Shown piece by piece: positions 19,021-29,096 of a stretch of DNA of 64,000 nucleotides; positions within the stretch are counted from its first letter, which is position 1; every line of letters starts with the position of its first letter. The notes under the pieces were generated by a model. That model had not been told where the DNA came from. It saw only the letters and a list, made by a program, of their open reading frames with translations, and ran no database searches. A program made the translations under genes and the position numbers. Source of the stretch: Coprothermobacterota bacterium (GTDB lineage: Bacteria; Coprothermobacterota; Coprothermobacteria; Coprothermobacterales; Coprothermobacteraceae); contig JAZIGN010000003.1 in assembly GCA_036679065.1 (NCBI GenBank), positions 609,853 through 673,852 on the forward strand, in the 5' to 3' direction.

Positions 19021-20493
19021 ATGGAAGAACGAGAGGTCAGACTTAGTAAGCTCGAGCAGCTAAAGCAGTTAGGTGTTGATCCATTTGGTGCCGTAATAAG
19101 GGATGTGGTGCCCATTTCAAAGGCACGACAGGCGTCGGATGGGGACCAGTGCAGTGTCATGGCTCGTGTAACTAGCATACGTCAGCATGGCAAACTCACC
19201 TTTGCTGACCTCAAAGATTTCACCGGAAGATTGCAAATTAGTTTTCGCAAGGATGTGTTGGGGGACAAGTACGACTTCTTCAAGAAGTTTGTTGATGTGG
19301 GTGATGTTATATACATAAAAGGTAGCATCTACCATACTGGTCGCGGAGAGCTTACTTTGGACGTTCAGGATTTCAGGTTGCAGAGCAAGTGCCTTAGGCC
19401 CTTACCAGAAAAATGGCATGGTGTCAAGGACCCAGAAGTGCGATATCGTCAAAGGTATTTGGATCTCATCATTGATGATGATTCTCGTGAGCGCTTCCGT
19501 AAAAGAGCTGACATCGTTAGATCCATTCGTGAGCTCCTGTGGTCAAAGGGCTTCGTTGAGGTGGAGACTCCCATCCTTCAGCCCATACCCAGTGGCGCCA
19601 GTGCTAAACCGTTTGTTACCCATCACAACGCACTGGATATTGACCTTTACCTGCGCATTGCTCCGGAGCTTTATCTAAAGCGGCTTGTTGTGGGCGGTGT
19701 TCACAAGGTTTTCGAACTTGGTAAGAACTTCCGCAATGAGGGCATTGACCAAAACCATAATCCTGAATTTACCATGCTGGAGCTTTACCAAACTCCCGGC
19801 GATTACGAAGATATGATGCAAATAACAGAAGACATATTTTGTACTGCGGCACAGGTCAGCGGCGCTGCCCAAAGTGTCACTTTCAAGGGGAAGACGGTAA
19901 ATTTAAGTCGTCCTTTTAAACGTCTTACGTTTAAAGAAGCTTTTAAACAGATTGCTAATTTGGACTGGAGCGATTTAGACACACTGGAAAAAGCCACAGC
20001 TGTTATGACTGCGAATGGCATAGAAATGACGAAAACGCCAACCTGGGAGAACATCATACAAAAGCTGTTTGATGAACTGGTGCAGCCCCATTTAGTGGAC
20101 CCCACATTTATTCTTGATTACCCTGTAGAAATTAGTCCCCTTGCGAAAAGGAAACCCGATGATCCCAGATTTGTATACCGCTTTGAGCTATTTGTAGCTG
20201 GGATGGAAATGGCGAATGCATTTTCTGAGCTTCAGGATCCATTTGACCAAAAGGCTCGTTTTGAAGAACAGATGAAGCTTAAGGAGCTCGGCGAGGAAGA
20301 AGTCATACTCATGGACGAGGATTTCGTGGTAGCACTGGAGTACGGCTTGCCACCTACGGGAGGACTTGGCGTAGGGATTGATCGGTTGGTCATGCTTCTG
20401 ACCGAAGCAGAGAACATCAAAGATGTTATTTGGTTCCCCACTTTAAGGCCAAAGTCTACTGAGCCGGTCGAAAGCACGGAAGTAGTTGAGTAA
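19021..20493 (+). CDS. lysS: Lysyl-tRNA synthetase class II
   Basis: RYRQRYLDL, LRIAPELYLKRL, FRNEG, HNPEFTMLE, GLPPTGGLGVGIDRL. Confidence 0.97.
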   Translation: MEEREVRLSKLEQLKQLGVDPFGAVIRDVVPISKARQASDGDQCSVMARVTSIRQHGKLTFADLKDFTGRLQISFRKDVLGDKYDFFKKFVDVGDVIYIKGSIYHTGRGELTLDVQDFRLQSKCLRPLPEKWHGVKDPEVRYRQRYLDLIIDDDSRERFRKRADIVRSIRELLWSKGFVEVETPILQPIPSGASAKPFVTHHNALDIDLYLRIAPELYLKRLVVGGVHKVFELGKNFRNEGIDQNHNPEFTMLELYQTPGDYEDMMQITEDIFCTAAQVSGAAQSVTFKGKTVNLSRPFKRLTFKEAFKQIANLDWSDLDTLEKATAVMTANGIEMTKTPTWENIIQKLFDELVQPHLVDPTFILDYPVEISPLAKRKPDDPRFVYRFELFVAGMEMANAFSELQDPFDQKARFEEQMKLKELGEEEVILMDEDFVVALEYGLPPTGGLGVGIDRLVMLLTEAENIKDVIWFPTLRPKSTEPVESTEVVE

Positions 20494-20590
20494 GTCTGCA
20501 GGTAACGTATTTAGAGTTGAATATCTATAAACGTAAATGTTTGTCATTTTCTCTGGTGGTTGCAAAATCTTTTGCAAGGAGGTGCGGAGA

Positions 20591-21106
20591 ATGGCAACCA
20601 AGAAACAGATTGAGGCTGCGAAGAAGAACATCAAGAAAGCTCAGCAGGCATGGAAAGAAATGTCTCGTGAACAACGCGCAAAAGCCCAACCCGAGGGAAG
20701 AGAACGTGCCGATATAGGTGAAAAGGGAACAGGTGACTACTACCGGATTGTGGTACGGGACGCCGATCAATTCGTTGATTTCCGTTACCATGACGTAGGC
20801 GATAAGGGTCACATAATCCGTCTTGCTGGGAAAAGAAAAAGCGGTTCTTGGGCTACACAAGCATGGTTGATTAGCAAAGAGGATGCACACATAGAGGGAG
20901 AAGAACTGGTACCCGATAGTAAAGATGCTAAGGAGCTCATTGAGTCTCTAGGGTCAAAGCCCCAGCACGTGGAAGGCGATATCTTTAAGGCGAAGGACAG
21001 GAAGAACATACCAGAAAACGAGAAGCCTACGGCAAAGCAACAAAAAGCGAGAAAAGAAAACATTAAGAAAGCTCAAGCAGCTCGCCGAAAGAAAGCTGAA
21101 AACTGA
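20591..21106 (+). CDS. Lysine-rich hypothetical protein
   Basis: AAGGAGGTG RBS before ATG 20591; repeated NIKKAQ motif at both termini. Confidence 0.8.
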   Translation: MATKKQIEAAKKNIKKAQQAWKEMSREQRAKAQPEGRERADIGEKGTGDYYRIVVRDADQFVDFRYHDVGDKGHIIRLAGKRKSGSWATQAWLISKEDAHIEGEELVPDSKDAKELIESLGSKPQHVEGDIFKAKDRKNIPENEKPTAKQQKARKENIKKAQAARRKKAEN

Positions 21107-21369
21107 GTGAAGTATTCAAGTGGTGATTTCTCTTTAGAAATGCGGATCTAAGAGCAAGAGGCAAAGTTCATTGTCTGACCACAAGTAACCTAAATTAGCT
21201 TAACACTGCTCACAGTAGAAGAACGTGTTATACGGATTGTACCCTCGTTTGTCTAGCCGAAGTGCTAGATTAGGAAAGATTAGCTTCCTACCAAAAGCCC
21301 ATTATAAGCGAGAATATTCTCATGGGCAAGAAGAGGTGTTAGGAGCTACTGGGTTATACTATTTAAGAC

Positions 21370-21445
21370 GCGCCCGTAGCTCAATGGATAGAGCGTCGGC
21401 CTCCGGAGCCGAAGGTTGGAGGTTCGAGTCCTCTCGGGCGCGCCA
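21370..21445 (+). tRNA. tRNA-Arg(CCG)
   Basis: Acceptor GCGCCCG/CGGGCGC, anticodon arm TCGGC-CTCCGGA-GCCGA, GGTTCGAGTCC T-arm, encoded CCA. Confidence 0.96.
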
Positions 21446-21458
21446 CTAAAAGAAAGCG

Positions 21459-22463
21459 GTGTGTGTTCCTGTGATCATAAAAGTTGATCCTTTGAAACCA
21501 GAGCGAAACTTAATTCGAAAAGCATGCCAAGTTTTACTTGATGGTTTCGTGGTGGCATTCCCCACGGAGACCGTCTACGGCTTAGGGGCCGTTGCTACTT
21601 GCGAAGAAGCAGTAAAGGAAATCTTCCGATTAAAAGGACGCCCCGCAGATAACCCTCTCATCGTGCACATTTGTGATCTGGAACAACTGGAAGACCTGGT
21701 CACTGAAGTTCCCGAAAAAGCAAGAAAAGTTATGGAAGTTTTTTGGCCCGGCCCTCTTAGTATTATTCTGCAGGCAAAAGACAATGTACCACTGATTACA
21801 CGAGGTGGCTTGGAGAGCGTAGCAATTAGAATGCCTGCTCATCCTGTTGCCTTATCCCTTATTGAGTGTGCTGGTCCCATTGCGGCACCTAGCGCAAACA
21901 AGAGTGGTAGGCCTTCGCCTACCACGGCAGAGCACGTTTACCAGGATTTTGGTGAGCAGATTCTTATTCTGGATGCCGGTCCGACCTTGGTTGGTCTGGA
22001 ATCCACGGTGGTTGATGTGAGGGAGGAGCCTTGGAAAATATACCGTCCTGGTGCGGTAACTCGGGAGATGCTGGAAGCACACGGCCATGTGGCGGTGGAG
22101 TACGTTGGCAAAATTGAGGAAGTTAGCTCAGTACCTTCTCCTGGAATGAAATACAGGCACTATGCCCCCAATGTGCCCGTTATTCTTTTTCGCGAAATCA
22201 GCGAACTACCCGTAAACCAAGACATAACGGTGATCGCTTTGGATTACTTGGTGCCCAGTTTACAACAAAGGAATAACATCACCTTTATCAGTCTGGGACC
22301 TGATCAGCATTCCGCTGCGGCCCGCATTTATATGGCACTACGCGAGGCTGAACGGTATGGCAGAAGCACTTATGTACAGCTCATGGATGAGGAGGGTATT
22401 GGGATTGCCTACAACGAACGGATCCGAAAAGCCGCTGGCGCGTCAAGAAAGTTGGCTCGTTAA
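21459..22463 (+). CDS. sua5: Threonylcarbamoyl-AMP synthase (Sua5, with C-terminal SUA5 domain)
   Basis: FPTETVYGLG, KGRPADNPLIVH, APSANKSG, PGMKYRHYAP. Confidence 0.93.
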   Translation: MCVPVIIKVDPLKPERNLIRKACQVLLDGFVVAFPTETVYGLGAVATCEEAVKEIFRLKGRPADNPLIVHICDLEQLEDLVTEVPEKARKVMEVFWPGPLSIILQAKDNVPLITRGGLESVAIRMPAHPVALSLIECAGPIAAPSANKSGRPSPTTAEHVYQDFGEQILILDAGPTLVGLESTVVDVREEPWKIYRPGAVTREMLEAHGHVAVEYVGKIEEVSSVPSPGMKYRHYAPNVPVILFREISELPVNQDITVIALDYLVPSLQQRNNITFISLGPDQHSAAARIYMALREAERYGRSTYVQLMDEEGIGIAYNERIRKAAGASRKLAR

Positions 22464-22959
22464 GGTAGCCAGAACAGGGCTTGTGGCTGCACTTTATGTT
22501 GTGCTTACATACCTTTCTAGTGTTTTCAATTTAGCTTTTGGCCCTATGCAATTCAGGGTTTCAGAAAGTCTTACGTTGCTTCCCTTGATATGGGGTGAGA
22601 CAGTTCTTGGGCTGACTGTGGGCACATTTCTTAGTAATCTTGGTAGCCCCTACGGTATCATCGACTGGGTATTTGGTACCACAGCTACCTTCATTGCCTT
22701 GAGTTTGGTTAGGTGGGTAGGCAAAAAGGGTTACTCTGAATGGTTGGCGGCCCTATTGGTCTCATTGGTGAATGCCCTCATGGTTCCGCTCATCATTTTG
22801 CTTGGGGCAATGGGTTTAGATGCTTCCAGCTTTGGTGGGATACTGTTTAGTGGTGTTTACTGGTCCTACGTTGTGACCATTTTCATTGAGGAGTTTTGCG
22901 TTGTGGCTTTTTTGGGTATACCACTAATTAGGACCATAAGAGGGAGGGTACTTAAGTGA
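22405..22959 (+). CDS. queT: QueT family queuosine-precursor transporter
   Basis: AALYVVLT...FGPMQFRVSESLTLLP...NLGSPYGIIDWVFG; start uncertain (TTG 22405 follows GGAGG). Confidence 0.8.
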   Translation: MPTTNGSEKPLARQESWLVKVARTGLVAALYVVLTYLSSVFNLAFGPMQFRVSESLTLLPLIWGETVLGLTVGTFLSNLGSPYGIIDWVFGTTATFIALSLVRWVGKKGYSEWLAALLVSLVNALMVPLIILLGAMGLDASSFGGILFSGVYWSYVVTIFIEEFCVVAFLGIPLIRTIRGRVLK

Positions 22960-23981
22960 TTGAACCATTGAATTACGACAAAGAAACTGGAACGCTTTAC
23001 GTATTGGATCAGACACTGTTGCCTTATGAGGAGCGCTATGTGGCGATAAAAACGTTGGACGAGCTTATCGAAGCCATAAAGGCATTGAGGGTCAGAGGAG
23101 CACCTCTACTGGGTTTGGCTGGCGCCTATGGTCTGCTTTTTGCAGTTCTTGAAAGTGAGAAGTCTCTACATTTCTGGGAAGAACTGCAAAGAAGGGTGGA
23201 TCTACTGGTTAACGCGAGACCAACTGCCGTCAATCTGAAGAAAGAAGTAGATTCCATTTTGCAAGATATTCCCATGACAGCTGAACCGTACGAAGTGGCT
23301 GCCATGGTCTACGAGAAGGTACTCTCTCTCGAGAACAGATTGAAGAGTGATGATCTAAGCCTGGCGTCACATGGGGCAGATCTGCTCATGGGTAAGCGCC
23401 GCATACTTACCATATGCAATACCGGAACATTGGCAACTGGGGGCATAGGTACTGCTCTGGGCATCGTAAAAGTAAAACATGCCAGGGGCGATTTGGACGT
23501 GGCTTACCTTTGTGAAACCAGGCCTGTTCTTCAGGGGGCCAGGTTGTCTGCATGGGAACTTGTCAAGGAGAATGTCCCTCACTACATAATCACAGACAAT
23601 ACAGCTCCTTATTTGATGTCTTTAGGGAAGGTTGACGCCGTAGTGGTGGGTGCGGATCGAGTGGCTAAAAATGGCGATACCGCAAACAAAGTGGGGACGC
23701 TTATGCTGGCCATTGCTGCAAGACACTATGGCATAGAATTTTACGTGGCTGCACCCACTAGTAGTTTTGATATGACCATTCCTGACGGGCAGGCCATCGT
23801 GATTGAAGAAAGAGATCCAGAGGAGGTTTTGCAAATTCGTGGTGTTCGGATTGCGCCTGAGGGAAGTGCTGCTTTGAACTACGCTTTTGACGTTACGCCA
23901 GCGTCACTCATCGATGGTTACATTACGGAACAAGGTATATTGAAGGCACCCTTCACGGAGGTGAAGAAGGTTGAACGATAG
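22956..23981 (+). CDS. mtnA: S-methyl-5-thioribose-1-phosphate isomerase
   Basis: LDQTLLP, VRGAP, ARPTAVNL, CNTGTLAT, ETRPVLQG, GDTANKVGT, FDVTP. Confidence 0.92.
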   Translation: MIEPLNYDKETGTLYVLDQTLLPYEERYVAIKTLDELIEAIKALRVRGAPLLGLAGAYGLLFAVLESEKSLHFWEELQRRVDLLVNARPTAVNLKKEVDSILQDIPMTAEPYEVAAMVYEKVLSLENRLKSDDLSLASHGADLLMGKRRILTICNTGTLATGGIGTALGIVKVKHARGDLDVAYLCETRPVLQGARLSAWELVKENVPHYIITDNTAPYLMSLGKVDAVVVGADRVAKNGDTANKVGTLMLAIAARHYGIEFYVAAPTSSFDMTIPDGQAIVIEERDPEEVLQIRGVRIAPEGSAALNYAFDVTPASLIDGYITEQGILKAPFTEVKKVER

Positions 23982-24666
23982 GCAAAAAACCGACGAGGAA
24001 GTAAGAGCTTCTTCCCTTGAAACTGAAAACGGCAGCGAGAACGAGAAACAGGAAAGCAGTGGGGAAGCGGCTGAAAATCTGCACATGGACGGACATGAGA
24101 ACAGCTCCGAATCCACTGATGAACGGAATTCCGGAAGCAAAGAGGCAAGTGAGAACATGAATGACATGAATAACATGAATAACAATGAGCTTTCTAAGAA
24201 ACTGGAACAACTTGAGACTGAAAGGCTAACGCTTCAGGAAAAGATAGCTGTCTTGGAAAAGCAGCACAGGGAATTGGAAGAGTTTCTTATAAAAATGAAG
24301 CATGAGTTTGCTTTAGCAAAGGAAGCGTTAAAGCGTGACCAAGAGAAAAAGGAAAAACTTCTGGCGGAGTCCATGGCAAGGGATTTATTCCCCATCCTTG
24401 ATACTTTGGACCACGCTCTGGAACATGATGGTGACAACAATGGTCTGAGAATGATAAGAAGCCAGCTTGTTTCAGTCTTGGAAAAGTACGGCGTGGTTGA
24501 AGTGGGTAAGGAAGGGGAAGATTTTGATCCCAATTGGCATGAATTTCTTGGGTATGCAGAAGGGCCAGAAGACAAAGTCATAAAAGTGGTACGCAAGGGT
24601 TATAAGATCGGCGACACGCTGCTCAGACCAGCACTAGTGATCATAGGAAAGCAGTCTTCTTGCTAA
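23971..24666 (+). CDS. grpE: Nucleotide exchange factor GrpE
   Basis: Disordered acidic N-terminus, coiled coil, FDPNWHE, KGYKIGDTLLRPALV. Confidence 0.88.
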   Translation: MNDRQKTDEEVRASSLETENGSENEKQESSGEAAENLHMDGHENSSESTDERNSGSKEASENMNDMNNMNNNELSKKLEQLETERLTLQEKIAVLEKQHRELEEFLIKMKHEFALAKEALKRDQEKKEKLLAESMARDLFPILDTLDHALEHDGDNNGLRMIRSQLVSVLEKYGVVEVGKEGEDFDPNWHEFLGYAEGPEDKVIKVVRKGYKIGDTLLRPALVIIGKQSSC

Positions 24667-24750
24667 GCTGCCGTATTGGTTTCATCTGGCAGTTTTACAA
24701 GCCCCCCATAGTCTGTTTTACCTAAAGCAGTGGTAATGTAATATTAATAT

Positions 24751-26472
24751 ATGAGAAGAATTTTGCGGTTCGTTAAAGAGCATGTGTGGTTTTATGTAAT
24801 TGCATTAGGGCTTTTGATTGGTGTCGATGCGGTTCAGGTTTTTCTTCCCCTGATTTTGGGTGAGTTTGTTAATGCCGTTACAGCCCTGGAATCCAATGTG
24901 GCTCGCTACGCCTACATTTACCTGGGGTTAGTAGTAGTTATGACACTCATGCGCTATGCATACCGTTACATATTACAACGCATGGCGCTGGTCTTTGACT
25001 ACGACCTAAGAAAGAAGACATTTAGCGAGCTTTTGAAGGTGCCAAACGAGTTTCTTTACGACTACGATATAGGAGATCTTATGAGCAGACTCACCAACGA
25101 TCTGCATGCTATTAGGCAGTTTATGCAAATGGGTCTCATAAGCTTAATTGACGTTTTAGTTTTAGGCGTGAGTACCATCGTAATGATGCTTCTTTTGGAT
25201 AGGATGCTGTTTTGGTATGCAGTTGTGCCTTTAATTGGTGTAACCGTTTTTACAATCTTTTTCAGCCGTTACATATTTGTTTTCTTCAAGAAAATTCAGG
25301 ATACATTTGGATCTCTGACTGAACGTGTTCAGGAGTTTCTTACCAACATTAGGGTGTTGCGGGCATTCGGAAAAGGGCATAAAGCCATAGGTATTTTCGA
25401 ATCAGTGAACGCTGATTATTACAGGTACTATCTTAGGGAAGTACGTCTGGACGCTCTGTTTGGCCCCATAACAGGCCTTTTCGCTGGCATTTCCACCCTT
25501 CTAGTAATCTGGGCGGGTATCAGAGAACTGCAAACAGGGCGCTTGGAACTTGGTACTTTGGTTTCTTATGTGAACTACATTGGCTTGCTTCTGTGGCCCA
25601 TGATGGCAATTGGATTTGGTTTGTCCAACCTGCAACGTGCTAATGCGTCCATGAAAAGAATAGAGGACATCATATTGGCTCCTAAAGAGGTTCCTTGCTT
25701 TGAACCATGCCAGCACGTTAAGAAGTTTGAGAAACTCGAAGTTAAGAATTTGCATTTTTCATACGGTGATCGCAAAGTGCTAGAGGATGTGCATCTAGAG
25801 GTGAACGCTGGTGAACTAATTGGTATTGCAGGCCCCATCGGCAGCGGAAAATCCACACTCACAAAGTTACTTATCAGGGTGTTGGAACCTCCTGACAAGA
25901 CCGTTTTCGTAAACGGTATCGACGTTAAACACATACCGTTGAAAGAGCTCAGATCGTTGGTAACGTATGTTCCTCAGAGTATTTATTTGTTCTCCATGAC
26001 TGTTCGTGATAATCTGAAGTTTGGTAACCCTGAAGCTACCGATGAACAGATTTGGGAAGCACTGGAGGTAGCTTGCCTGGCAGAGGATATTAAACTGCTG
26101 CCTCAGGGCTTGGATACGCTCATTGGTGAAAGAGGACTAACCCTTTCTGGTGGCCAAAAGCAACGCATGGCAATTGCACGTGCTTTGTTAGCTAATAGGC
26201 CTCTTCTCATGCTGGATGATGCTTTTTCTGCCTTGGATACGGTCACTGAAGAACAGCTGGTCAAGAATTTGGTGGATTACGCTCGTTTGAACAACAAGAG
26301 TGTAATCTTGGTTAGTCACAGGATCAGTGCTTTGCTGCCCACTGATAGAGTTTATGTGCTCATCAACGGAAGTACGAAAGAATTTGGGCCACCTGCTGAA
26401 CTCATAAAACAGCAAGGGTATTTGGCTCATCTCTATAGAATTCAAGTGCTGGAGGGGTTAGTCCATGGATGA
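24751..26472 (+). CDS. Heterodimeric ABC exporter subunit (BmrC/YheI-like)
   Basis: GDLMSRLTND, GPIGSGKS, LSGGQKQR, LDDAFS. Confidence 0.9.
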   Translation: MRRILRFVKEHVWFYVIALGLLIGVDAVQVFLPLILGEFVNAVTALESNVARYAYIYLGLVVVMTLMRYAYRYILQRMALVFDYDLRKKTFSELLKVPNEFLYDYDIGDLMSRLTNDLHAIRQFMQMGLISLIDVLVLGVSTIVMMLLLDRMLFWYAVVPLIGVTVFTIFFSRYIFVFFKKIQDTFGSLTERVQEFLTNIRVLRAFGKGHKAIGIFESVNADYYRYYLREVRLDALFGPITGLFAGISTLLVIWAGIRELQTGRLELGTLVSYVNYIGLLLWPMMAIGFGLSNLQRANASMKRIEDIILAPKEVPCFEPCQHVKKFEKLEVKNLHFSYGDRKVLEDVHLEVNAGELIGIAGPIGSGKSTLTKLLIRVLEPPDKTVFVNGIDVKHIPLKELRSLVTYVPQSIYLFSMTVRDNLKFGNPEATDEQIWEALEVACLAEDIKLLPQGLDTLIGERGLTLSGGQKQRMAIARALLANRPLLMLDDAFSALDTVTEEQLVKNLVDYARLNNKSVILVSHRISALLPTDRVYVLINGSTKEFGPPAELIKQQGYLAHLYRIQVLEGLVHG

Positions 26473-28240
26473 TGTCTTAGATCAGGAAGAACAAACACGA
26501 CGCCACAGCGATAGAGAACTGCTGGCATTTTTGTGGCCCTATGTTAGACCTCACTTGCCAGTTATCATTGTAACGTTGCTTGCCACCTTAGGTGCTGCTG
26601 TGAGTTCCGTGCTCCAGCCTTACATGTTCAAGATCATCATTGATGATCACATAAAGGTTATGAATTTCAGCGGTTTAAGCAATTTACTCCTGATTTACCT
26701 TTTACTGCTGGGAGTCTATTTTGCTTTGAGCTGGGCTCAGATGTACCTCAGCAGTGTTTTTGGCCAGAAAATCACTTGGCAGCTTCGTGTTGATTTAATG
26801 AAATATCTCATGTCGTTGAAGGTCGATTTCTTTAACAGGAACCCGGTGGGGAAATTGGTTACCCGCGTAACCAACGATGTAGCGAACCTAAACGAAATGA
26901 TCAGTGCCGGGTTTGTATCTTTGATTGCCGACTTCTTTTTACTGGTAAGTATTTTAGTAATGATGTTGCTAATGAACTGGCGTCTTACTCTGGTGGTCAT
27001 GTTAGCGGTGGTGCCTATAGCAATCATGCTCCAAGTGTTGGGTTTTGCTCTCAGGCGCATATGGCGTGTCATCAGACGTATTGTTTCACGCATGAACGTT
27101 TACGCTCAGGAAATGCTTTCCGGTTTTGTGGTGGTAAAGGCCTTCACACGAGAGCCGTTATGTGAAGAGGAATACGATGCCATAAACCGAGAGCACTATG
27201 AGAACCAACTACGAGCAGCTAAAATAAGAGTTTTCTTTTATCCCTCTGTGGGTCTTCTCAGAGAAGTTGGACGTGCTTTGGTTTTGTTGTACGGTGGTTA
27301 TCTCATTTCGAAGGGCTTGGTCTCTGTGGGAACGCTGGTGTCATTTTTCCAGCTCCTGCCCATGATGTTTGACCCCATCGCGGATTTTTCGGACAAGTTC
27401 ACACTTTTCCAAACAGCTTTTGCATCTTTGGAAAAGATCATGGACGTCATGGAAGTCAAGGAAGTGGAATACAAGGGTAAAGACTATGCTGGTCCGCTCC
27501 ATGGAGATGTTTCCTTTGATTTAGTTAGCTTTGCCTACGAGGAGGAACCTGTTCTCAGAGACGTTTCATTCGATCTTGAACAGGGACAAACTTTGGCCAT
27601 TGTTGGACCCACAGGTGCTGGTAAATCCACCATCTTGAACCTGCTCATAGGCTTTTACGAGAACTACGAGGGGCAAGTTCTTGTTGATCAAGTGGAACTA
27701 AGAGATTGGGATATTGAGCAGTATCGCCACAACTTGGCTTTGGTACTTCAAGAAGTTCAGCTTTTCCATGACACCATACGCAATAACATAACGCTGTGGG
27801 ATGAAGCTAACGATGAAGAACTTGAGGCAATACTAAGAATAGTCAATGCAGACTTTGTTATGAATTTGCCAGGGGGGTTGGATTACATGCTTGCCCCTGA
27901 AGGTGCTAACCTTTCTCAGGGTCAAAGGCAGCTTATTGCCTTTGCTCGTGCTTTGTATCATAAACCGAAACTGCTTTTGCTGGATGAAGCCACGGCAAAC
28001 ATCGACACTGATACCGAGCGTCTGATTCAGAACGCTTTACCCAAACTAATGAAAGGACGGACTACTGTGGTTATTGCTCACAGGTTGAGTACTATTCAAG
28101 AAGCTGATAAGATTGTTGTAATCAACCATGGAAGGGTGATTGAATCAGGAACTCATCAGGAATTAATAGCGAAGAAAGGTTTTTACTATGAACTTTATAC
28201 TACTCAGCTCATGGCTGGTACTGCGGGAGTGATGGAATGA
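26465..28240 (+). CDS. Heterodimeric ABC exporter subunit (BmrD/YheH-like)
   Basis: PVGKLVTRVTND, GPTGAGKS, LSQGQRQL, LDEATA, AHRLST. Confidence 0.9.
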   Translation: MDDVLDQEEQTRRHSDRELLAFLWPYVRPHLPVIIVTLLATLGAAVSSVLQPYMFKIIIDDHIKVMNFSGLSNLLLIYLLLLGVYFALSWAQMYLSSVFGQKITWQLRVDLMKYLMSLKVDFFNRNPVGKLVTRVTNDVANLNEMISAGFVSLIADFFLLVSILVMMLLMNWRLTLVVMLAVVPIAIMLQVLGFALRRIWRVIRRIVSRMNVYAQEMLSGFVVVKAFTREPLCEEEYDAINREHYENQLRAAKIRVFFYPSVGLLREVGRALVLLYGGYLISKGLVSVGTLVSFFQLLPMMFDPIADFSDKFTLFQTAFASLEKIMDVMEVKEVEYKGKDYAGPLHGDVSFDLVSFAYEEEPVLRDVSFDLEQGQTLAIVGPTGAGKSTILNLLIGFYENYEGQVLVDQVELRDWDIEQYRHNLALVLQEVQLFHDTIRNNITLWDEANDEELEAILRIVNADFVMNLPGGLDYMLAPEGANLSQGQRQLIAFARALYHKPKLLLLDEATANIDTDTERLIQNALPKLMKGRTTVVIAHRLSTIQEADKIVVINHGRVIESGTHQELIAKKGFYYELYTTQLMAGTAGVME

Positions 28241-28830
28241 ATCTGTTAAACCAAATTTTGTTCTTTGTTTTGTTTATGTACTCTGTCATATTGCACGAAG
28301 TGGCTCACGGTTATGCAGCGCGGATCTCTGGTGATGATACTGCGTACTTGAGTGGGAGACTCACCTTTAGCCCTTTGGCACACATTGATCCGATGGGAAC
28401 AATTGTACTGCCACTTCTTCTTTACATTATGGGGTCTCCGGTGCTGTTTGGCTGGGCAAAGCCGGTTCCTATAAATTTGTATAAACTCGACTCAAAGGGA
28501 CTCTTTTTGGTCAGCATTGCAGGTGTCTTTACCAATTTTGTACTAAGCTTGCTACTGCTGGTGCTTTACAATTTTATTCCTTGGTCTCTTCTGTTGCAGT
28601 TATCACTGATTAACTTCTGGCTAATGGCTTTTAACTTGATTCCTTTGCCACCCTTAGATGGTAGCAAGATTCTTCTTAGTTTCTTTTCCTTTGAAACAAG
28701 AGCAAAGGTAATGGCACTGGATCAGTATGGGTTTTTCATCATATTTGTGTTACTTGCGCTAAATTTCTTCAACGGCTACTTCAACTTTGTCTTCAGGGTT
28801 TTCATGAGTATTGCGAACCTCATTTTGTAA
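28237..28830 (+). CDS. Site-2 protease family (M50) membrane metalloprotease
   Basis: ILHEVAHG and FNLIPLPPLDG motifs. Confidence 0.9.
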   Translation: MNLLNQILFFVLFMYSVILHEVAHGYAARISGDDTAYLSGRLTFSPLAHIDPMGTIVLPLLLYIMGSPVLFGWAKPVPINLYKLDSKGLFLVSIAGVFTNFVLSLLLLVLYNFIPWSLLLQLSLINFWLMAFNLIPLPPLDGSKILLSFFSFETRAKVMALDQYGFFIIFVLLALNFFNGYFNFVFRVFMSIANLIL

Positions 28831-28893
28831 AATAACGGTCCGGTTATCTTAATTAACCAATATGCATTGTGTGCTAAACCCAGTACTTGTCTA

Positions 28894-28921
28894 TTGACAA
28901 GTTTTGTAGCGATGTTATAAT
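28894..28921 (+). promoter_or_regulatory. Promoter of tRNA-Asn
   Basis: TTGACA (28894-28899), 16 bp spacer, TG-n-TATAAT (28916-28921). Confidence 0.75.
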
Positions 28922-28935
28922 AATAATCAGCCGGT

Positions 28936-29011
28936 TCCGGAGTAGCTCAATCGGCAGAGCAGCGGACTGTTAATCCGTTGGTTGCAGGTTCGAGTCCTGC
29001 CTCCGGAGCCA
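28936..29011 (+). tRNA. tRNA-Asn(GTT)
   Basis: Acceptor TCCGGAG/CTCCGGA, anticodon arm GCGGA-CTGTTAA-TCCGT, GGTTCGAGTCC, CCA end. Confidence 0.96.
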
Positions 29012-29031
29012 TTTTTGTTTCTGAATTGGCA

Positions 29032-29074
29032 AAAAGAAAAGAGCCCTCAAATTCCTTGGGGGCTCTTTTCTTTT
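29032..29074. terminator. Bidirectional intrinsic terminator
   Basis: AAAAGAAAAGAGCCCTCAA-loop-TTGGGGGCTCTTTTCTTTT between the tRNA and the convergent ferritin gene. Confidence 0.88.
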
Positions 29075-29096
29075 ATGTGTGGTGTGTGCGATCGGT

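Noticed and set aside
21107..21369. preQ1 riboswitch for queT
   Set aside because: No preQ1-I stem-loop with an A-rich tail was recognisable, and queT is internal to the operon.
21225..21449. 74-aa ORF
   Set aside because: Runs through tRNA-Arg; spurious.
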